Source: Geosiphon pyriformis uo1 (lineage: Eukaryota; Fungi; Glomeromycota). Taken from it: a DNA stretch of 64,000 bases. Positions 11,587 to 23,400 of the stretch are shown here, in pieces; positions within the stretch are counted from its first letter, which is position 1; each line of letters starts with the position of its first letter. The translations under genes and the position numbers were made by a program. The stretch lies in assembly GCA_016748015.1 (NCBI GenBank), contig JAAOMT010000312.1, positions 17,935 through 81,934 on the forward strand, in the 5' to 3' direction. Under the pieces are notes generated by a model. The model was not told where the DNA came from, did not search any database, and saw nothing but the letters and a program-made list of their open reading frames with translations.

Positions 11587-12821
11587 ATGTCAGGCATCTG
11601 TAGAGCAAGACTTACTGAAGAACGGAAACAGTGGAGAAAAGACCATCCCTATGTAGGCTCACCTGTCGGTCATCTATTTTTTAGAACGATTAATTGATCA
11701 AAAAGTTTTCCACTTTTCCCTATTGGTAGGGGTTTTATGCTCGCCCTACTAAGACTGAGAATGGCCTGGACTTGATGAACTGGGAAGTTGGAATACCTGG
11801 GAAGTTAGGAGTATGTATTTTCTCCTTGACAACCTTGTCTTTTTACAAAGGAGAATCATCAATGGCATAAAATTATATATTACTCTTTACTTATTTTTTC
11901 TGAGTGAATATCTTCATCTATTCTTATTTACGGAAAGTATACTCTTTTCATTTTTCTGTGATTAATCAGACACCCTGGGAAGGAGGTGTTTACAAAATTC
12001 ACATGATCTTCCCTGAAGGTAAAATCATGTACATATTTTTCTTTTGGGCTACATACTCTTCATTCCGGGACTTCATCCTATTCTCGCTTTAAACCTTTTA
12101 AATCTTTTTCAGATTATCCTAGCAAACCACCAAAATGTAAGGGCTATTATGTAGTGTTATCATTTCTTCTCATTATTATCTAAAATTACTTTTTCTTTTT
12201 TTTTCGTTTGAAAATTAGGTAAATTTACACCTCCTCTTTTTCATCCTAACGTCTACCCATCTGGTACCGTATGCCTTTCAATTCTGAACGAAGAAGAGGC
12301 CTGGAAGCCTGCTATCACAATCAAACAGGTAAATAAATGCTTTATGCTTTTCGGATTCCTAATCAAACAGCCGTCAAATCCATAATGATTATTTTCGCTG
12401 ACAATATCACGTAATGGCAAATGAAGCTTTTACTTGCCAGGATGAGATATTGTCAGCGAGTTCCTTCCCGTTATTGAGTGTAATTGGACATCATGATTTA
12501 CAAGATATCATAACTGACTACTCAGTTTCAATGACATGATATACTGGGACGGAGGCGGTTGTTGATGGTTCCGAAATTGTCCGATACTAACTTTTACTCT
12601 TAGATATTATTGGGCATCCAAGATTTGCTCAATGATCCAAATCCTGATAGTCCGGCCCAATCCGATGCATACATGCTATACAAGTGGGTTTCTATTATAT
12701 TTTTATATCTAATTTGATAATAAGCTATTCATTGATCTCTATTTTACTCACTTCTAGAAAAGATCGTAAAGAATACGAGCTGAGGGTTAGGAGAATAGCA
12801 AAGGAAAATGCACCCCAATAG
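11587..12821 (+). CDS. UBC9: SUMO-conjugating enzyme Ubc9, 157 aa; exons 11587-11652, 11730-11810, 11970-12018, 12113-12136, 12219-12328, 12604-12683, 12758-12821
   Basis: Spliced translation [28 protein letters not shown]...[16 protein letters not shown]...[64 protein letters not shown]. The WRKDHP and [15 protein letters not shown] motifs are diagnostic. All introns are GT-AG and the exons total 474 nt. Confidence 0.97.
12349..12576 (+). ncRNA. Candidate intronic structured RNA (snoRNA-like or regulatory fold) in UBC9 intron 5
   Basis: Perfect 14-bp inverted repeat 12395-12408/12446-12459. Closing stems at 12349-12355/12570-12576 and 12368-12375/12554-12561. The intron is 275 nt versus 74-159 nt for the other introns. 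Confidence 0.55.
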
Positions 12822-15800
12822 GTAAAAAAAAATTTATTTCAATAATGCATAAAAACCTTAAGCTTTGGTGTTAAAAATAGTTTTCTTTTGCTCACAATGG
12901 CTCTTTTTTGTGATTTCCACTTACTATTGTACATCATATTATTTCTTGGAATATCATTTATTAATAATAAAGAACCATTTAGTATTGGCCTTTTTGTTTG
13001 ATTAATTATTTTAGTTTTCAATTTATAATTATTTAATGATATTTTATTTGATCTTGCACAAAACAAAGCATAAAAAATCCATCACAACAATAAGAAAAAA
13101 ACTTTATTTTAATTAAAACCATTTAATATTAATTAATTTGTTTTGCAATTATAATAAACTGTTAACATATTTTAATTTTTTACAAACTTTTTTTAAAAAA
13201 CAGCCAACCAATAAAGTTATAAGTTTTTTGTCTGTTTTGGAAGATTATTTTTTTATTTTTTTAAAGCATTTTTAATAATTAAACTATACAAAAATAAGTA
13301 TTTGTATAAATATATTTATCAATATTAAAAAATTGTTTTCTTTTAACATATTTTTTTATTTATAAAAATATAATTAATAAAAATTTTTAACAATAACTTT
13401 TTTATAGTTTTAATAAATTATTTTTTTTTTTGTTAAATTTTTAATAATTTAAAATACTTAATTATTGTATTATATTAGATATTAATTAGATCTTACTTAT
13501 AACATAAATAAATAAATTTTTTAATCATTAAAAAAATAAAAAAACTTAAAAAATATCTTAATATCTTTTTTTTCCAATTTTTGTTTTAAGCTATTTTTTT
13601 AATATATATTTTGTTTATAAATTTAAATACAGTAGACTAATATAATTAAAAAAAATTAGTAAAAAAATTTATTTTAGTACAATAATATATTTTTAAATAT
13701 ATTTTTGATAAAATAAACAAAAAAGTTATAAAGCTTAATATTAAAACAAAATCTTTAATTTGTTTTTAAAACATTAAAGTTAAAAGTTTTTATATTAATA
13801 AAAAATTAAATTTTTTTTTTATACAATTTAACAAGTGAGGTCCAAATACTGTCTAGTACAATATATTATACAAGTAATCTAAACTAGATGTGAATCATGT
13901 ATTTTCTATATGTGACCAGCCACTCAGACTAGTTAGGACAACACTAGGCACTTATATGTACTAAAACCATGTTACCTATATCTGAAAAAATAAACAAAAC
14001 TTATGAAACTCAAAATTAATACCAAATACATCAGCAATATCCAACAACCTAATCATACTGGCCGAAAGCACTGAAAGAAGACCAGAGACTGAAACAGAAA
14101 CAGAACTATCATGTGGGATCATGCCACCTTTCTCCATAATAGTCTGGTGCTTAGCATGCACCAGCTAAACATCATTACAAAATACAAGACAAAACTCATG
14201 CACAAAGGCCACAATATTCTGAGCCACAACCTTAGGGTCTTTAAAAACAGCAACAGATTCATGATATCATTTCTTGAAAACAAAGCTCTTATATAGAACT
14301 GCACCAATAGCAACATCAGAGATGTAAGTAGAAAGCTACCACAAAACACATAAAAAAGAGTGAGATAAATCCGAGCATGCCTTCCAAGCAGATACATGAA
14401 CTTCTACCAACTGAGCATAATCAGCAGCATCAAATAGACAAGAAAACACATGGTCTGAGACCTCAACATTGCTGCAGAATAAACAAATTACACTGGGGTA
14501 ACTCCTATTATAAAGACACTTATGCATAGCAATTAGAAGATGATGATACAATGCCTTTATAAAATACATCCAAAAGCCAACAGTTTGAGTACTAGTAAAA
14601 CCAGCAGCCAAATGAAAGTCTGAATGCCACACCAAAAAAGATCTAAACCAATCAACATCAGTACACAAACTATCTACCAAGACCCGGAAACCAGAACCAA
14701 CCTCTCAGCATGCACAGTAAACAGATCAGAAAACACCATGAACAAAATGTCTAGAATTATTAGACACTACAGTATCACCAGTCCTGAGAAAATGTTCATT
14801 GATCATGTGAGGAAGATGCATATCAGAGAATGCAACAGCTCTAGCAAAAGCATCAGCACACTCATTGTCCAAGATACCAGAGTGACCTCTAACTTTAATC
14901 CAATTAACATCCAAATTTTTGTGACAAATGACATTAGCAATGTGGCAATGCTTGATCCAACACTGATTCCTGAAATCTGGATGAGTCAACATGGATTCTG
15001 ATTTGCATGCATCCAAAGCAGCTTGGCTGTCTGAAAACAAGTTGACTGAACAAGAAGGAGGAACACACTTGAAAGCCAGAGCAATAACCTACAACTCCAC
15101 CATAGTAAAAGAAACCAATCCGGACACTCCCACACCCAAACTCAAATCAATGTTCTCAAAAAAAAACAGCAGCACCAGCTTTCATACCAAAAGTATCCAG
15201 CCCACTTAGAAAACCATCCATAAACAAAAAAAATGATCAGAATCCACCTTCAACAGACAACTGTACACAACCTCAAACTTACAAGACTCAAGAATATTAG
15301 ACAAACCAACATCTGGCAACAGAAAGTTGCAAACAAAAGATGGCCCAGAATTATTCAGAAAGTGAACAGAAACATCAAACCAATGAGGAACCAGACTCCG
15401 AAGGTCTAATCTCTTCCACTGCTTGAAAGTCTTCTATTTGAAAACAGAACCAGTATGATTGCAAAACTGCTTAACAAAGACAATTCTATAACACCAAAGT
15501 GAAAAGAAACATTTATAAAAGGTGGGCTCACCAAGAACAACAGACATAGAGGTTCTGTTTTAAAAACAAAAAGCATTAGTCACAAGATCACTCAGAGAAA
15601 GGTCACACTCTGAAAATATCTGGACAATGCCAGCCAAAAAATTATTCAAAGAATTGATATTAATATGAGAAAGAAAAAGCAGAGGGTGGCAAGAGCACCA
15701 GCTGAGAACTTACAAGTTATGTGATCTATGCGCAAACAAACAGCCCAAAATACCAACAGAATTGGCAAAACTAACAACAAAAGCTGACTTGCCTTTAGCC

Positions 15801-17216
15801 TAAACCTGTTCAAAAGACTTCAAATCATACAAAGAAAGATGGTGAATAGCATCATTGGGAAAGTTGAGCAGCAAACCAGATTTGGATTTTAAACCCTTGC
15901 AAATCATTGTGTCCCACTTTGCACACACATTAATAGAAACAAAACTGAACTGAGTCCTATAAACAATAATGGGGTAAAAAACTGCCAACACTAAATATAA
16001 GAACTGTTTGTTAGAGATAGCCTTTCTCAACACAAGATTGGCAAAAAACTGGACATTCAGATAAGCTCTAGCCAAGCTAGACTTCAACAAACTTTCAGTA
16101 AACAGAAAAATGTCTAGGTACTGATGAAACTCCCCCTTTTTGGCTATTAAAATAGGCAAACCACTAATTAGCAAACAAGAGTCAGAAACTCTGCAATTAA
16201 TGAAAATGACCACTGTTTTGTCATTATTGATTGAAATGTCATTAATCCAAAAAAATTCACTAACAACATTGAGAATATGTTGCATAGCAGTCTGGCTGCT
16301 ACCAACCCAAATTATGTTATCAACAAAAGCACCAGCAATGAGAAAAGAAGTCAAACCAGCTTAAAATTCAGAGTGACCAGTTCTGGTTACAAAACAAGAA
16401 TCCAACCTGTATCCATACACACTTTCTTGTCTTTTGACTTCACACAAAAGAAGATCATAAAATATGCGCCAAAAAAGAGAAGAAAACACTTCCCTTTGGT
16501 TCAAGCCATCATGCACCTGATACCCATCAGTCAACCCAAAATCTGTTATAACTTTGTTGACCTGACTATTGTGGATACCACCAAAAAATCGAATAAATTT
16601 GTCACACATCTTTATCCTGACCAAACTCTTTCTCAGATGCTCCCAGCCAACAGAATCATAAGCCTTCCATATGTCTTGCAAGACCAGTCACAGCTTACGG
16701 TTCTTTTTTAAAGCATCTTTAATGACTAATCCAATAGCAAAAATAGAAAACTGTGTGGTTGTACCTTTTAAAATAGAAAAATTATCCTCTCTGAGAACAT
16801 TAAACTTACTGCATGCAAAAAAAATCCTGTCCAAAAGAATCTTGAAAAGAATTTTGTGAACTGTCTCAATCAAAGCAATAGGATGAGTGTTCGTAAGAAC
16901 ACCCTCCCACTCATATGGTTTGGGAATCATCAACATCCAAGCCTCTTTCCAAGGCCTAGGCACAGATTTACAATCCAAACAAAAGTTCAAAAGCATTAAA
17001 AGCATATCTAAAACCAAACTGTCACAATGTTTCCATAACTCATTTGAAATACCAGAGAGACCAGCCACTTTTCTATTAGGCAGATTTGAGATGACACCAG
17101 ACATCTCATTGAAGTCAATTGAGCACATCACACCAAAAAAAGTGTTATTAAAAATGTACTCCAATGGCTGATATTGGTGACACCATACATCAGAGACAAC
17201 AGAAACCACATTGCAC

Positions 17217-18057
17217 TGTTACTTATAGAATATAGAAAAATATAGTATTAGTAGTCAATAGATATTAGCCAATCAGAGGTAGACATAGTAAATGTGAAAT
17301 TCCAGGATTCCTTTCAGAGGAATTGCAAGATTTCAGGAATTTCAGAATTCTCTGACAAAAAATTGCAGGATTCCAGAATTCCAGGATTCCTCTCATCAGG
17401 AATCGCAGGATTCCAGAAATTCCAGGATTCCTGTCACAAGGAATTGAGGAATCTCAAATATGTATATATAGCAGTAGTGTTAAAAACAGAAAAGACAGAA
17501 TCAATACCACAAAATCCTTAGCCTAGAAACACAATCATCAAATAAATAATTATTTCATATCTCAATTCACTCTCCACTATCAACACTTCATGTTGATAGT
17601 AATTGATACTTAACCATGCTGAAACAATAGCTCTTGATCACAGCTATTGATGGAATACCAATCTGCAAATCGCCTTGGCTTATTTTTTTAAATTTCTTTA
17701 TTTTCTTTATTTTTCTGTGATTTTGTTATTGTACACTAATCAATTGATTGAAAGCACTGATTACTGACATCAAGGATTGCCTGGTAAAAGACTCCTGCAA
17801 GAGGGTAGGACCCATACAGAAAATATGGATTACTTACCAGAAGATTGCCAGCCACCAAGCCGAGAAAAAAATTGACAGACTTGTGAGTCTGGGAAGCTAT
17901 AGATAAAACAACTATTGAACCTCTGTCTATTATACAAAGAACTCCATCAAAACCTTCAGATACAACACTTTCAGAACATCATCAACAGAAATAGCTTTTG
18001 AGCACCAAGTTACGAGTTTGTTATTTGATTTGAGACTCCAAATAATCACCTGTAACA
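17217..18057 (+). repeat. 5' LTR of element A
   Basis: TG...CA ends, direct repeat of 26474-27304, CCAAT at ~17269, TATA at ~17463, AATAAA at 17541. Confidence 0.95.
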
Positions 18058-18119
18058 TTTGGTGCTTCCTGTGAGGTATAATCCTACAGAGAACCAGCAC
18101 TGACAACACCAAACCAAAA

Positions 18120-20400
18120 GTGGCAGAATCAGAAAACATAGGAGCAAACCATTTAGGATTTGCAAAATTCCTATTTCAACACTATTGTCAACACTTGAGA
18201 TTAAACCACAATTATATATCTGCCGAATTAGTCTTTAATTTCTACGTCAATGAAAAGATTTCTTCTTTGTTAGGAACACCAGTAAATACTGAATCAGCCA
18301 GAGAAACTTTCTACAGAGAATTAATTCAAAATACCAATCTGCCAACAAATCACAATTTTGCCTCCATTATTACTGAGATCAACAAAGAAATTGAACATCA
18401 CACCCAACAAAAATATTCAATTACTTATGCCAGTAAAGACAAAGGAAAACTACAAACACCAGCGATAACACCCAAAAAAATACAACCACCCACTTGGAAG
18501 AAAACAAGAGTTGAATCACCAACTGCTTCATCCTATTACTACACACTGGGAAGCACCATCAATATAACATCAGCAAGCGCATCCACATCAAACGCAATAT
18601 CAACATTCAGACAATTTCCATTCCAAAGTAAACAAAGGAAAACAGATCTATTAGGACCATATGGCGAATATTTTGAGGGATTTAAATTGCGATCACCAAC
18701 TCCATCAGGAATTTAATTATTGCTGCCTCAACTGGACTTTGAAACCACTACCCCATGGGAACTATCTGAAGAAAAAGAGGAAGAAGAATCGGAAGATCAA
18801 GAATTTACTTACCAAAACCCAATCACTGAAAACCCAGAAGTTGAAACCCCAAATCTTCAAGCTCAGCAAAATTTAAATCTAGAAAATTCAGAAATCGAAA
18901 CTCCGAATCATCAAAGGCAGAACAATCCAAATCCCGAATTAATTAATCAGCAAAACTTACTTCTAGTAATCTTTATTGATCAACTGCTGATTAATCCAGT
19001 AGCCGAACCCATACAACAGTCATTTCAACTACCATCCCAACAACCAGTACAACAACAACCACTTCAACAGCCACCACAACAACCCAACTTAGATCCAATG
19101 GCCTATGTACCAATCACAAAACTTGACAACTTTACCAGTGAAGAAGACAATGCGCAAGTATGGCTGAATGATGTAGAGAAAGCCATCACTGCAAATGGAT
19201 AGAATGACACCTGAGCACTTCAAACCATCTCATACTTTCTAAGAGACACCACGGATGCATGGTATCAAAGTTTAGCTGTCAAACCCCAAATTTTCAATGA
19301 CTTCAAGACAGAATTTGTAAGATATTTTAGCAACAATAATAGCATCAACAAGTTAGCCAACCTCTTTACCACCATCAAACAAGGAGATACTGAAGCAGTC
19401 ACCACTTACTTGGGACACTTCCATAGAAACCTGGACCAGATCCAAGCAATTCAAGCTGACTATTTTACAGTACCACAGATTTTGAACCAATTTATTAGAG
19501 GTTTGCGCAGTAACCTCCTCCAGCAAGTATGTTTAATGCATCTAGTTGACCTCCCTACTGCAGTTACACACACCAGAGATTTTGAAGCAGCTGAGTTAGA
19601 AGCCAACCATGCCCAAGCAGTAAACCTAGTAATGAATAGATCATCTAAATTGGATTCCAAATTAAAACAGTTCAGCAAGTTAATTAATCAGAAATTAGAG
19701 GGATACTTAGCTGACAATTACGCCATATATCAACCACCACAATGACACAATAATTCAGGAAACATAAATTGTTTCCAAAATCAATCATGTCCATCATCCT
19801 CAATAGCACCTAGTCTGCTGTGGCAGCCAAAAACGCGTGTCTGCCACAACTGTGGTAAACAAGGCCATATTCAAGTTAATTGCCATACTTATAGCAACCA
19901 ATGATCGAGAAATCAACACAGAAACCCCGATTGTCAGTTCCAAACTTCAAATCATTATCCAAATCAAGATCAAGACCAATATCAAAATACTTACCTGCCA
20001 ATAATGCAGCAACCAATCTATCAACTGTCAGTATATCAACCTCCAGTTTATTAACCGCAGCCACTGGCAATTTATTAACAGCAGCCTCCAGTAATTTATC
20101 AGCCATAGCCCCAAATAATTTATCAGTCTCAACCATCAATTCAAACACCACTCCAAAACTCAGCTATGATGACATCAAGAAACCCAAGACCCAGAATTGC
20201 TCAAAATTGGAGATCGGCAATGGTTGTTCATCAACTGATCTCCAGCTTCTCTTACCAAAGCTCAGGACTTTGTTCTCGGAATTCAGATACAGGTGCCACC
20301 TAAAACCCGAATTCCCAAAACTATTTAAGTCTTCTGGTTACTCCAGAAAATGCCACACCCAACAACCAGGAACTTAAACAAACACCTACCAGCAACATTC
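18120..20400 (+). pseudogene. Gag of element A (capsid-like region, CCHC knuckle), interrupted by stops
   Basis: ORF fragments 18120-18716, 18720-19202, 19410-19745. Capsid-like KLDNFTSEEDNAQVWLNDVEKA and knuckle CHNCGKQGHIQVNC at ~19841. Confidence 0.85.
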
Positions 20401-20414
20401 TACCTGCTACAATC

Positions 20415-23400
20415 ATGGAAAACAAATCTCTGGACACCATTTTTCCATTTGAACTCAAGGAACTGTCAACCATGCCATTATTCAGTGAAGCCGCACTGGA
20501 AGAAAAGCCAATTACTGCCATGTATACTGATGTGAAAATTGATGGCCATCCCATCAAACTAATTCTTGACAGTAGTGCAGCAGGCAGCATCATCACATGA
20601 CAACTTATGGATCAATTAGGTTGCCAAGTTGATCGAACTGCTAGCGCCAGAATCATCACAGCTGATAGAGTAACCAAGACTCCAATCAGTGAAATCAATG
20701 ACTTACCAATTGAAATTAACGGCATCATAATCCCAATCAAAGTACTTATCATAGAAGCCACCCAATACCAAGCTCTAGTTGGTAATAATTGGCTGTCCAA
20801 GACAAATGCCACTCTGAACTGGAATACACAAGAGCTTCAACTTAGCCAAAACAGATAACACATGCAAGTACCAGCAACGTGTGGCCACTTCAAGACTACC
20901 AACACCATGGCACCACTAATCGACTTCGAGGAAGAGAAACCAAAACCTACTTGGGAAGCCTACTAAGCATTGTGGGCTGACAAAAAGCACAACAAGCTGC
21001 CACCAATACTCTCTTGGGACAACAACGGGAAAGGAAAGCAAACAAACAAACTTACCTGGAAAACTAACAATCTGACTTGGACTGACAACAAACAAAAAGA
21101 AGTCTCCAGTTGGGAATGGAATGAAAATAAGGAAAAAAGAAAAGAAAAGGAAGAAGAAATGCCACCAACCACCACCATTTGTAATTCTTACACCCACCAC
21201 ACTTCACAACAATCTAATTATCAATGACCAAGGCTTGTATACATTGATTGCAGCAAGAAACTGTTGTCAATGGGCACATGCTGTGGTGATGATGAGGAAT
21301 ACCACACCACAACAAAGTTCTACTGTTGTCCATGCTTACTCGAATGTTTTGGATGACCAAAGAGGCAAAGAAAATAGGATAACCAATCTTGTCTTGCTTG
21401 TGGGGAGACCCTGCTAGATGAAGGGATGTGGAATGACATCCTAAAACATAGAGGAACGTGCAACGTGTCATGTCAATACACAATTTTAATAAGCAACTGG
21501 GTAAGGAAAGAAACCCCAATAGAAGCAGCCTGGAGAAGAGCCGTGCAGTAACTGGACAGTTGTCCACATGACGACAACAAAATTTGGAGAATGGCAATTA
21601 CCAAAATAGAAGAAGCAACACCCAAAAAGATCAGAAAAATTAAGAACAATCCCTCAGAGCCCATAGAACTTGACTGGGACCCAGAACCAGTCATAAATCT
21701 TTTAGATTCAGAGCAATTCCACAAACATTACCAGGAATTAGCACTTACAAGGGAGAAACAGAAGCAACACTTGGAAGAAATAAACACCAGATTATGTGAC
21801 CACTGTTTAATTCCATGTGACTTCCAATATTGTAATGAGTGTGATCTCATCTACAATCTATCACCACACATGATTTACATGATCCCCAAGGAAGAGGAAC
21901 CAATCAACAGCTGTGTATTGGAATCAGAATTAGTTTACAATCCTGATTCAAACTCTGACAATGACAACAATAAAAACACTGGTTCCAGCTCCACGCAATA
22001 TGGCAACAAAAATATCAATGATTCAGACTCCAATTCTAACTACGAATAATATATCGCCCTATCAGATCTTTCCAAAAAACAGGAGTTGAAATGGTACAGT
22101 GACAATGGCAAAGGCATCATGCCAAAACGAGCGCATAATACTGATGCAGGGTTTGATCTAAGATATCCTGGAAAAGATGTTATCAAATTGAAACCACATT
22201 TGTGCACTTGTATTGATCTGAAAATAGTGCTGGAAATCTCAGCAACAACAATAGTTCAACTAGCATCCCAGAGTAGTTTAGCAAAAAGAAGGATTAATAT
22301 AAAAGGAGGAATAATTGATATGAGATATGTAGGAAATATTATCACTATGCTACAAAATGACTCAAACAAGGCCTATATAATAGAGCCAAATGAAAAGATA
22401 GCACAGGCAATATTTTTACCATTGGTTAAGATAGCTCAGTTAGTACTAGTAAGAAATAGGGAAGAGTTAGGAATAACAGCAAGAAGAATACAGGGATTTG
22501 GGTTAATGAGTAGAATAGATATACTAGTTAATATGGCAAAGGAAGAAATTGTTGGCCAAGGAGAAATTATCTCAACCAGTCAAGCTATTTCCATTCCACC
22601 ATATAGCCAGTACATGCTAGCAATAGAAAGGAAGGAAAAAGAGCAAGAACAGATTTTTGAAGCTGAAGCAAACCTTTGTGAATTGGGAGAGATTGGGCTG
22701 ATAAATTTCCACATACCAGCTAAAAGCTATAGCCACATAAAAATTCTCATCTACAACAACACTGACAATGTTATCAACATACCAGAAGGAACCACCATCG
22801 GATATTTAACCACAAAAATAGAAGACCAACTACCAAACCCCATTCCAGACTTTTCACAACTTTGTGGATATGTTGACATCACATCACAAACAATCTATAG
22901 ATGAGATGAATGTTATTTGCTCCAACCAGAACAATTGGAACAAATGAACATGAGAAACTTAGATCCACTCTAATGTATACAGCTCAAGATGTTGCTCAAC
23001 AATTTCAATGACATTTTTGCCAGCAAAAATGAGTTTGGCCGAACTGACATCATCCAGCATCAGATCAAGACTGGAGATGCAATGCCAATCAAACAAAGAG
23101 CATACAGAGTGCCGCCAGCCAGCCATGAGATCATTTATCAAGAGATAAACCAAATGCTTGACAATGGGCTAATTCAACCATTAATGAGCCCATGGTCATT
23201 ACCAGTGGTACTTGTCCATAAAAAAAATGGGAAAATCCAATTTTGTGTAAACTACAAAAAACTCAACAGTATAACTCGTGGAGACAGCTATCCAACTCCA
23301 CGAATACAGAAATTATTCAATGCTTTTGGTGGAAACAAATGGTTCTCAATATTAGACTTGGATAGTGGTTATTGGCAAGTAGCCATGAATCCAGCTGACA

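Noticed and set aside
12421-12436. U5 snRNA loop I similarity (GCTTTTAC)
   Set aside because: It lacks the invariant GCCUUUUAC, the stem geometry is wrong and no Sm site follows.
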